A stretch of 63,762 bases of DNA, filler included. It is 5 parts of 5 records of this genome, joined end to end, with 100 filler letters (N's around TTAATTAATTAA, not from the genome) between each part and the next. Parts side by side here need not be neighbours in the genome. Positions count along the whole stretch, not along the records: positions 1 to 25,115 come from SRR20825006_1091; positions 25,216 to 40,832 come from SRR20825006_1094; 3 more parts are not named here. One strand, given 5' to 3'. Under the pieces are notes generated by a model, which saw nothing but the letters and a program-made list of their open reading frames with translations, made no database searches and was not told the origin of the DNA. The translations under genes were made by a program, and so were the position numbers. Shown here piece after piece: positions 20,501 to 27,194 of the stretch; position 1 is the stretch's first letter, and the number at the start of each line of letters is the position of its first letter.

Positions 20501-21055
20501 ATCGCCTGCTGTAAAAGCGGCAACAGAGCGTCTCGCTTGTGCTGCAGAGCCAGTGTAACCTTCGAAATTGGCGATCCCCAGCGCGAGTTCGCGAACGCCA
20601 TTCCAGGAGCCGCTTCCATAGCAGGCACTGACCCCTTGGCTGTCTGACGAAGACTGCGAAGCAGCAACGAGAATACCGTTGCAACTCACTAGCCATGGCT
20701 GATCTGCCGTGTAGGTTGTCCCCGATGTGCCGGTATAATTCGGCAGCATGACAAAAGCGGTCGGACTTGAAACATTTTCGAAATCCTCCTCAAACAATAC
20801 CTGCGGAGCTGAGGGCACGCCCGGATTTCCCGGTGCAGCAAGCGTTGCGCCTGCACCCAGAAAGAAAGCACATGTTATAACCGCCAGAAGAAGCCTGGTA
20901 ACCTTTGCAAGGCGAGAAACAACAACCCCGGCTCTGCTTTCATGCGGCCCATGACAGGCTGAACTATTCTCATCTCCATTCGCCACAGGCAACGCAGCAC
21001 TCCAATTCACTGCCGGTGAATGCATCAGTTGTCGTGTAAGTCGCCCTGGTTCCAT
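14525..21055 (-). CDS. Giant secreted Ig-like repeat (DUF11/conserved-repeat type) adhesin, about 14 repeats
   Basis: Signal peptide ending GATLA. Repeats of G[DE]xIxYTxxVxNxGNVTL about 115 aa apart. DxNxNG Ca-binding-like loops. C-terminal SdrD-B-like module FDDQNRNGYHDAGEPGLPGV...TTENPRVVRL. Exact start uncertain. Confidence 0.85.
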   Translation of the reverse strand: MEPGRLTRQLMHSPAVNWSAALPVANGDENSSACHGPHESRAGVVVSRLAKVTRLLLAVITCAFFLGAGATLAAPGNPGVPSAPQVLFEEDFENVSSPTAFVMLPNYTGTSGTTYTADQPWLVSCNGILVAASQSSSDSQGVSACYGSGSWNGVRELALGIANFEGYTGSAAQARRSVAAFTAGDPGANRIEFATTTDVSIPAPPGGAQRFVSFQVVVGALSCHAAHPQLQFYLVDGQGNEVQAGSRIDGCGGKSSGGNYGRYASGGILFSGSSLGIIMRNQQGSGSGNDHAFDNIVVLDSTPQLDKAYANTSVPAGQTTNLVFTITNTSELGSKQGWAFEETLPAGLTVAGAPSNTCSASVSAISNSDKVVVTAGTINSNVASCTITVPVKASAGGTFTSMATSTTNLKAIRAPADAEVTFFELNLDVAKSGSLVDTNNNGRPDVGEKIGYTVTVSNNIGVNVTGVSVSDSLPGVTLSPASQDIPAGQSRAYTGEYVLQAADIDRGYVDNTASVSGTASGGSSVSGDGETTTTLQRVADFAVSKAAAAIPSPFSYGDQINYTVEITNTGNVTLSGVTPSDPFLDTGLTLVSPTGFSGSLPAGGTVVYSGAYTPSQAEINSGSYLNKATVTATPPSGVGPTISREGEEVTAIAADPSMAVSKVSKIIDANGNGVLDPNETINYTINIENTGNVTLTNVQPTDTLETSPPQTLPLTPGGPVSIEPGIVEEFTASYTPTQADIDAGTLDNRVSVAADGPGGPLSPVEQTETTTITSSGAFEVEKTATLSPSGATFAAGDRVNYQITVTNTGNTTLTIPANAVTDTLGNSQTLTVTPPASTTIPPGNSAVFTAFYDTLQADLDNLTLSNTADVTLNLPDSSTVSDTVTIDTAFPIAAVLDFEKLSIYQDIDGTPGPSVGDQIDYTLRAHNRGNVTLTNVLPSDPMLVAAGVSLTPSTAQTLAPGTSADFTATYDLVQADVDTGYVLNTASVTGVSPNGTTLSSEETNSTDSAGAVSIAMEKRGVLNDLNGNGFPDVNETIDYTVTVLNDGAASVTNVSASDETYPGLVFSPASVASLAPSATASFMASLTLTQAMIDAGSVTNTAKATATSTNAGAPTITATDQTSNTLVASPQYTFSKTSDYVTGVTPPYSAGDVINYTFTFENTGNVTLTNVSISDPKLDSGSLTPTSVPSIAPGGNQIFTGTHTVTQQDIDGGSLLNIATAEATPLAGGPSISKKSNGVSVSFAEASQLDVSKTVSFVGSASASNFNLGDKLIYTITVSNNGNTSITDIAVEDKIAGIVLQPDPSNTDPLLPGDTNTYTAEYTPTLADINVGTLVNEAVATAETVGKATAISASGQQTTNFTPNADLTVVKTATFDSGRLDPGDVIEFTVVATNTGNVTLTGVTVTDPMPGLVLSPVDPSFSGTLAPSDSIAYAGTYTLLVSDINSGQLSNTASASGDLPNGGGTIPAQPSNPAVVTFSSYPDMDVEKTSVLNDSKGNGLYDVLETIDYTVRVTNKGNVTLDGVLPTDTLQRNDGTTETLTLSPATAQSIGPGEYRDFTTSYQITQTDLDAGGIWNEATATGTPPAISGSPAITLADQTMPSVANNQPRLSATLNGVLDDANQNGVGDVGETVNFEMVVTNTGNSTLTNVRAEELLPGVTLTTSDPTTLAPGESLTFFGSYDLTIEDYESNALENTARALGDTGYGEAYTSDDALAIVSWNTPSVLIAEKTALLIDIDNSGTATAGDQIKYVITVTNDGGQSLTDVTPVDDGVVLPDDSAGTGTMSAFTPATASLEANENTEFTALYTISEQDFSIAVGDEVGITNTASAVAAAGLQVLTAAASSASVKIDAVQPGDISITKVAATPQIRRGEKAQFTITVINNTDHKVANINIRDRIPSGFRYVEGSASINGAVVEPLVYSRDVLFEDVSVDADSKTYIRLAMTALSTLEPGTYQNTAYATDRFGATLAPKAVAEITIMVDPVFDCGDLIGRAFDDQNRNGYHDAGEPGLPGVRVATVNGLLVTTDEFGRFHVACAALPDNRIGSNFIMKLDERTLPSGYSVTTENPRVVRLTAGKMTKLNFGASIGRIVSLDLTDSSFIADETALKPGWLAGLDQVIKILATEPSILKINYYGDQLGTLARERLREVSREVRRRWEVGRAPYPLEISTQLEAGK

Positions 21056-21835
21056 TCGGCATCAACCGGCTTTCGCCGCCCCCCATGAAAGCTCGCCCCT
21101 GCCAAGCGGCGGAGGCCAATGCATCAGATCGCAACCCGTCAAACTCGATGAAATCGCGTATCGGTTGTATTTTCGTCGGGTTTCGTTTCAGAAATTTCCA
21201 ATATTGATACACCTACATATTAGAATTAACTACTATAGTTAACTATAACCTCTAGTAATAATGAATAACAAATTGTATTTGTCCGTCAATATATTTATAT
21301 TATATAATATATTATTAAATTATAAAAAATATGTACAATATATAAAATTATCTAATTGTTTTAATTGTGTATTTATTAAGTGCGCCGATATCAAAGCATT
21401 CGGCACAAAACAGCCAACAGGCGCATTTATGGATAAAATCCCAGGTTGTATCTAAAAAGACACAGTTACTTTGCAGACACCCGCATCACTGCGCTGTTTC
21501 TGGTTGGAGGTTCAGGTACGCAAAGTGCCGATGAGTTTCCCGCCTACGCATTGCGCAGCCTCGCCCGAGAGGCGGGGCAGGTTCCCAATGCCGCCATCAC
21601 ACAACGAACGAATAAATCATTGGCGGATGCAGCATTTATTTTTGAGGAAATCAGTCGGCAAAGTCACTTATCGAAACATATAAAACAATATAAATTTTAT
21701 CTATGTCACAATTATAATAAAAATCTATTAGATATATTTATATATAATATGTAAATTACAATATTACTAAAAATATATTTGACTGATATTTCCATATATT
21801 GAATACGCATCAACAGTTATAAAGGATGGATCTCC

Positions 21836-23878
21836 ATGCACACGAACTCTGCAACGACGCCAAACCATCACGACTCCATTCACCATCAGCCAGAGACAGG
21901 TGACGCGGGACCAAAAAGACCGCCACGAGCCAGAGATCAGTTCCGCCAGATGCAGCCTGCTGATGGTGGTGGTACCGACGGGTTGCGTCGGCGCAACACA
22001 AACCAGAGCCGGCATCAGGCAAGCGGTTCATCGGCGACGTCGACAAGTGGCCTGCCAGCCCCCGACAGGGAAAGCCTTTCCGCACTTCTCGGTCAGCACA
22101 ATATCAAGGGGCATCGCGCGGCGCAGGAAAGCCTGAACTTTTTCGAGGGCGATGAGGGCCAGCACCTCAAGAAGGTTCTTGATGAACTTGCAACTGCCTT
22201 AGGGCCGAAAAAGTATCACGATAAATTGGCAGGAGCGCAGGAGTTTCTGGAAAAGCAGATCAAGAAGCTGAATGAAGAAGACCGGTTTGTGGTTGAGGAA
22301 CTGGTCAAGCGCACCACACCCAAGGCCGAGTCATATCAATCCGGGCCATGGCCGAACAACTGGAGAGACTTTATACCGCAAGTTCACGCCAATCGCTACC
22401 ACATCGTGAATGCTTCTCTATTGGCGTTGATCCCGATAGCGGTAGGGCTCGGCATTCAGAAGGCCAGCGTACAAGAACGGGAAACTGAATGCGAAGACCT
22501 TATGGGCAATACTCTGCACAACAATACGCGCGCTGAAGGGGATAAAAGCTGCTCCCTCCCCGCCCATAGCGAGTATCTGGTTTCCCCGCAAACCAGCGCA
22601 ATGGCATACGCCGCAGATGCCGCTTTAACACTCCTGTCCTTCGTATCGGATTTCCTGAATGAGGCTGTCTATGAACAGCGTACAGCGCGCGCCACACATG
22701 CCTCAGCCGCCGCCGCTGTAACCCCCGAGAGCGACCGTTATGCGCTGGATAGCAAGTGTGAAAACATCAAGAAAACGCCTCACTCAGCGGTCGCAAGTGT
22801 GTCCAGTGCACTTGTGCTCGGCCTTGCCGCGGGAGGCGCGATTGGTGCAGCCAAAGCATATAATGGCGAGGATGTGAGTGCGACAGAAGCGCTGATGCCG
22901 ATGTTTGTACTCGTTGCCCGCTCGCTCTTGAAATCAACGATCGATCTGCTGGCGAAGTTGGTTTTCACGGATACAAGTTCCGGTATGGGCGCAGCTGTAA
23001 AGACCGCCGCGAAGACGCCCGCCGGAGCTCTTGCTCAGATCGGCAAATCACTCATCCTCAATCGCAGCCTCACCGGCAGCGAAGCTTCGCAGGAGTTGTT
23101 ACTCGGTATTGCAAGGGGGGTTTCTGAAGAGGCTGCCATGTGGGCTGGTCAGAAAAAATGTGACGAGTCTGCAACAGAGCATGAAGAACGCCGCGACGGA
23201 GCCATGCATGGCACCATGAAAGCCGTGATGGATATGCGCAAGGCGCTCCGGCCACCGAAGGTCGAGCAAAGCTACACCAGAAATCTAAGTCAGACCGGAG
23301 CCGACGTTGCTCGCGCTCTGGAAGAAAAAAAGCAGGTAGAGGCGGCACTGGGTGAGCTCCAGGAAAAACTTGTTCATATCTTTCAAATGAAACCGGGCAC
23401 GGAGCTGTTTTCCGAAGCGTTGGATGACCTCGATCAGGCGAGACAAGCCGCCGCCGAGCGGATCAGGATCAATGCACAGCCTGCCAATGACAGCTGGTAT
23501 GGAAACCCGGCTTCCCATATGCGTAGTGGTGTCTCTACCTTGGGTCATGCGCTTTCTGATTACTTCGGATGCCTCACAGCCCCCTGTCCCACTTCATCTG
23601 CTCCGGCGCCTGATGCCGACATGGAAGCGCCTGCAATGGCCGCGGGGCAGGGCTTTAACGCCGAATCCGGTAGAAGGCCCGAGAATTCAGGTGCCGGCGA
23701 CAGTGTTGTTATAGAAATGGATGAAACCGCGGTAGCGCCTGGACAGCCCGTGTACAGAGCCCCCTCACCACCGGGAGAACCGAAAGACAGGCCAGATGCT
23801 TCCGCAACCGGATCAACCCGCTCAAACACAAGCAGCCGCGAAAGCGAAAGCGAAAGCGTTGTAGATTTACATTTCTGA
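21836..23878 (+). CDS. Hypothetical 680-aa protein with disordered termini, hydrophobic helices and a coiled coil; effector/translocator-like
   Basis: Long ORF with AAGGATGGA RBS. No recognisable family. Confidence 0.75.
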   Translation: MHTNSATTPNHHDSIHHQPETGDAGPKRPPRARDQFRQMQPADGGGTDGLRRRNTNQSRHQASGSSATSTSGLPAPDRESLSALLGQHNIKGHRAAQESLNFFEGDEGQHLKKVLDELATALGPKKYHDKLAGAQEFLEKQIKKLNEEDRFVVEELVKRTTPKAESYQSGPWPNNWRDFIPQVHANRYHIVNASLLALIPIAVGLGIQKASVQERETECEDLMGNTLHNNTRAEGDKSCSLPAHSEYLVSPQTSAMAYAADAALTLLSFVSDFLNEAVYEQRTARATHASAAAAVTPESDRYALDSKCENIKKTPHSAVASVSSALVLGLAAGGAIGAAKAYNGEDVSATEALMPMFVLVARSLLKSTIDLLAKLVFTDTSSGMGAAVKTAAKTPAGALAQIGKSLILNRSLTGSEASQELLLGIARGVSEEAAMWAGQKKCDESATEHEERRDGAMHGTMKAVMDMRKALRPPKVEQSYTRNLSQTGADVARALEEKKQVEAALGELQEKLVHIFQMKPGTELFSEALDDLDQARQAAAERIRINAQPANDSWYGNPASHMRSGVSTLGHALSDYFGCLTAPCPTSSAPAPDADMEAPAMAAGQGFNAESGRRPENSGAGDSVVIEMDETAVAPGQPVYRAPSPPGEPKDRPDASATGSTRSNTSSRESESESVVDLHF

Positions 23879-23893
23879 TTTTCAGATCAGAAA
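23872..23893 (+). terminator. Hairpin overlapping the stop of the 680-aa ORF
   Basis: TTTCTGAT-tttcag-ATCAGAAA. Confidence 0.3.
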
Positions 23894-24030
23894 ACAACAA
23901 TGCAGAATGCAAGGGATTGCGCCCCTGTGGCACGGTCTGTGTCTCGCAAAATCACATTTATGGTGCGTTATAGGGCAGGGCTTCAATCGGCGCAGATGAA
24001 GCGCCTCAAGCGCCAGGAAGGTTAAACAGG

Positions 24031-24576
24031 ATGTCGCCTGCAATTCAAACTCAGGTTTCCGGTGGTGAACACTCCTGGCTCTTAACGGGTGGGGCAGCAG
24101 CGCTCCAGACAGAAGCGAGCCACGGCAAAATCAGCGTCCCGGGGGCGCAATCTCAAAGCGCTCCGGCTGATGCACCCCATCAAAACAGCAGGGCCGAGCC
24201 ATCTCTTTCTGAACTCATTTCAAATGCGCATGAGAAAACCTCATATGCGACGGAAAAGGACGCAGGCGACCAAGCAAACCCGGCAGGCAGCGAGCACTCC
24301 GCTACTGCCGGGGCGAACACCCCTGCAAGCACCGGCCCGTCAGCATTCTGGGGAAGTTCGGAGCACCAGCAGAAAACGCAGAAAATGCTTCTTAACGCTC
24401 AGCACAAGATCTGGGAAATGCGGCGCTCGACAATCGAAGAGTGCCGGAAAATCAAGACCGACGGGATCAGCAATGTCCATACGCAGTTTCTGGAACTCAT
24501 GGCAAAATGCGCTGAACAGGACAGAGCCACCTGCGAAGAAACGTTGAACGATTTGAGAAGAAACGCATCTGCCTGA
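24031..24576 (+). CDS. Hypothetical 181-aa protein with Ser/Ala/Gln-rich N-terminus and helical C-terminus
   Basis: ORF with AGGAAGG upstream. No recognisable family. Confidence 0.65.
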   Translation: MSPAIQTQVSGGEHSWLLTGGAAALQTEASHGKISVPGAQSQSAPADAPHQNSRAEPSLSELISNAHEKTSYATEKDAGDQANPAGSEHSATAGANTPASTGPSAFWGSSEHQQKTQKMLLNAQHKIWEMRRSTIEECRKIKTDGISNVHTQFLELMAKCAEQDRATCEETLNDLRRNASA

Positions 24577-24727
24577 GATCATTCTGAATTCATTTGCAGC
24601 CTGCCAATCTGTCATTCGGCGTGGCACTGGGACCCCACATGCTTTAAATCTTTCAAAGACTTATCGCGCCGATCGGCATCGAACGCCTATGCCGAATTAC
24701 AACACCCGGGACAGCGTTAAAGAACGA

Positions 24728-25060
24728 TCATGCCGGCTTGATGAAATCCTCACGCATCGGCACAAATGTATCGAGCAGCCGGCCCGCCTTCAGGCACCGG
24801 CAACCGTGCGGAACATTGGGAGCCTTGTAGAGTAGGTCGCCAGCGTTCACGACTTTGGTTTCGTCACCGATGGTGAACTCGAAGGTACCGGAAAGCACAT
24901 AGGTGAACTGCTCATGATAGTGATGGTGGATCGGGCCGATCGCGCCGGTTTCAAAAGAAACCTCGACCGACATTCCGTTTTCGCTGTAGGCCAGTATCTT
25001 CCGGCTCACACCATCGCCCAGCTCTTCTGCTTCCACCTTGTCGCCATATACAAACATCAT
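24728..25060 (-). CDS. kdgF: Cupin; KdgF-like unsaturated uronate ring-opening protein (pectin/alginate pathway)
   Basis: GVSRKILAY, GAIGPIHHHYHEQFTYVLSG, PNVPHG, LLDTFVPMREDF. GGAGG RBS. Confidence 0.75.
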   Translation of the reverse strand: MMFVYGDKVEAEELGDGVSRKILAYSENGMSVEVSFETGAIGPIHHHYHEQFTYVLSGTFEFTIGDETKVVNAGDLLYKAPNVPHGCRCLKAGRLLDTFVPMREDFIKPA

Positions 25061-25115
25061 TTCCTCCTGCAAGCGGCCAGTGTGGTGAATCTGACGTTCG
25101 TTCAGAGCAAGCGGA

Positions 25116-25215
25116 NNNNNNNNNNNNNNNNNNNNNNNNNNNNNNNNNNNNNNNNNNNNTTAATTAATTAANNNNNNNNNNNNNNNNNNNNNNNNNNNNN
25201 NNNNNNNNNNNNNNN
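25116..25215. other. Artificial contig spacer
   Basis: N44-TTAATTAATTAA-N44 (stops in all frames); abrupt GC shift. Confidence 0.98.
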
Positions 25216-27192
25216 CTTGCCCAAGACTATGATTTTGGAGATGTTTCAGAAGAAGAATTACTTGAGAAAGAACACCCGATATATAAGGATGCAGATGCTG
25301 CAATTTTATACAGAAGCTATAATACCTATTTTACATATACCACTAACGAAGGGTTTTTAGTTAATACAGAAGTACACGAACGTATAAAAATTTATAATCC
25401 AGACGGCTATAAATATGCTACAAAATCTGTTTCTCTATATGAGCAGGACAGTAAATACAAAGATGACCTAAGAAGCTTGAAAGCTTACACCTACAATCTA
25501 GAAAATGGTAATATAAGTAAAGATAAATTGTCTAAAGATGGTGTATTTAAAGAAGAGCAATCTAAATACAGAACACTAACTAAATTTACAATGCCAAATT
25601 TAAAAGAAGGTTGTGTTATAGAATACAAATATCTTTTAAAGACTCCTTTTGTATCTAATTTAGATGAATTTAGGTTTCAGGAACAAATCCCTATTAATAC
25701 TGTTAGCTCAAAATTTAGATCACCAGAGTATTACGGGTTTAATATGCATCAAAAAGGATTGTCGCAAATTTCAATAGAAAATGAGGTAAAAAGTAGGACG
25801 ATTATATACAAACCAGAAAACTCACAATCGAGAAAAATTGTAGATAGAGTTGTAATACACGACAAATCTCCAAAAACTAGAAAGCTTACATTTAGCGAAA
25901 ATATTATTAATATGTCTGGCTCTCAAATACCTGCTATTAAAGAAGAGCTTTATACTAACAATATAGATAACTACTCAAATGCTATTAAGTTTGAGTTAGC
26001 GTATATCAATTTTCCTGGCTCTACCTATAAGAATTACTCCAATTCTTGGGATGATGTTGCTAAAAGTATTTTTGACCAACCACAATTTGGAGACGAGCTT
26101 AAAAAAAGCAATTATTTTAATAATGATTTAAGTCGCCTAATTTCCTCTCAACAATCTGAAATTGAAAAAACTGTAGCCATTTATGAATTTGTAAAACAAA
26201 AAATGAATTGGAATGGTTACGTAGGTATTGCAACAGATGATGGTGTAAGGAGTGCCTATAAAAACAATGTGGGTAATATCACAGAAACTAACCTCATTCT
26301 TACAGCTATGCTCAGAGAAGCTGGTTTAAATACCAATCCTGTCTTATTAAGCACAAAGAATCATGGCATTCCTATATTCCCTACAAGAAATGGTTTTAAT
26401 TATGTGATTTCAAGTGTTACAATTGATGGAGGTTTAGTTCTCCTAGATGCTTCAAAAAAATATGGAGAGATAAATCTTTTAGAGGAAGAACTATTAAACT
26501 GGAATGGAAGATTAATTACAGAAGATGGAAGATCTAAATGGGTTAACCTACTGCCAAATAAGCAGGCAGAGCAAAATACAATGCTTAGTGTAACTATAGA
26601 TAAAGATTTAAATACAAATGCTAAGGTTATAAATAAACTTACTGGGCATAAATCTTATGCATTTAAGAAAAAGTATGCTAATGTTGCTAAAGTTAGTCAA
26701 CTGGAGATGTTCGAAAATCAATTTAAAAATATTCAAGTCTCTAATTTAGAAGTTCAAAATCTAGATAAGCTATACCAGCCTATTTCATTTAATTATGACG
26801 TGTCCTACTCTAATGCGTTAGATATTATAGATTCTAAAATTTATGTAACACCATTGCTACACTTAGGTACTTATGAAAATCCTTTTGTACCAGAAACAAG
26901 ACAATATCCTGTTGATTTTGTTTACCCATTAAAAACTAGAGTAATAGCATCAATTAAAATACCAGACGGCTACACTGTTGAAACTATTCCAGAAACCTTA
27001 AACATAGCCATACCAAAAAACCAAGGTAGTTTTCAATACTTAGTAAATGTATCTGGAAACAACATTCAAGTGTCTTCACAACTCTCCATATCAACTCACA
27101 TTATAGCATCTAATTACTATAAAGAACTTAAAGCCTTTTATGATATGGTTATAAACAAACAGTTAGAAAAAATAGTCCTTGTAAAAAGTTAA
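25216..27192 (+). CDS. DUF3857/transglutaminase-like protein, 5' truncated by the contig edge
   Basis: Frame is open from 25216 (LAQDYDFGDVSEEEL...DADAAILY). FTMPNLKEGCVIEYKY, NPVLLST, FNYVI, LLDAS. Confidence 0.88.
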   Translation, partial: LAQDYDFGDVSEEELLEKEHPIYKDADAAILYRSYNTYFTYTTNEGFLVNTEVHERIKIYNPDGYKYATKSVSLYEQDSKYKDDLRSLKAYTYNLENGNISKDKLSKDGVFKEEQSKYRTLTKFTMPNLKEGCVIEYKYLLKTPFVSNLDEFRFQEQIPINTVSSKFRSPEYYGFNMHQKGLSQISIENEVKSRTIIYKPENSQSRKIVDRVVIHDKSPKTRKLTFSENIINMSGSQIPAIKEELYTNNIDNYSNAIKFELAYINFPGSTYKNYSNSWDDVAKSIFDQPQFGDELKKSNYFNNDLSRLISSQQSEIEKTVAIYEFVKQKMNWNGYVGIATDDGVRSAYKNNVGNITETNLILTAMLREAGLNTNPVLLSTKNHGIPIFPTRNGFNYVISSVTIDGGLVLLDASKKYGEINLLEEELLNWNGRLITEDGRSKWVNLLPNKQAEQNTMLSVTIDKDLNTNAKVINKLTGHKSYAFKKKYANVAKVSQLEMFENQFKNIQVSNLEVQNLDKLYQPISFNYDVSYSNALDIIDSKIYVTPLLHLGTYENPFVPETRQYPVDFVYPLKTRVIASIKIPDGYTVETIPETLNIAIPKNQGSFQYLVNVSGNNIQVSSQLSISTHIIASNYYKELKAFYDMVINKQLEKIVLVKS

Positions 27193-27194
27193 GC

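Noticed and set aside
14525-21055. Recurring DNA words such as ACATTCGTCAGCGTGACATTGCC as a repeat array or CRISPR
   Set aside because: They encode the protein repeat GNVTLTNV, hundreds of nt apart and in frame.
21261-21754. Short ORFs in the AT-rich intergenic region
   Set aside because: Composition is atypical for the contig, no RBS is evident and there are no motifs.
23840-23857. (GAAAGC)x3 microsatellite as a phase-variation site
   Set aside because: Only three in-frame hexamers, encoding ESESES at the C-terminus.
23928-23942. TGGCAC as a sigma54 promoter for the 181-aa ORF
   Set aside because: The -12 GC is missing (reads GT).
25160-25171. TTAATTAATTAA palindrome occurring four times
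   Set aside because: Synthetic linker inside N runs.
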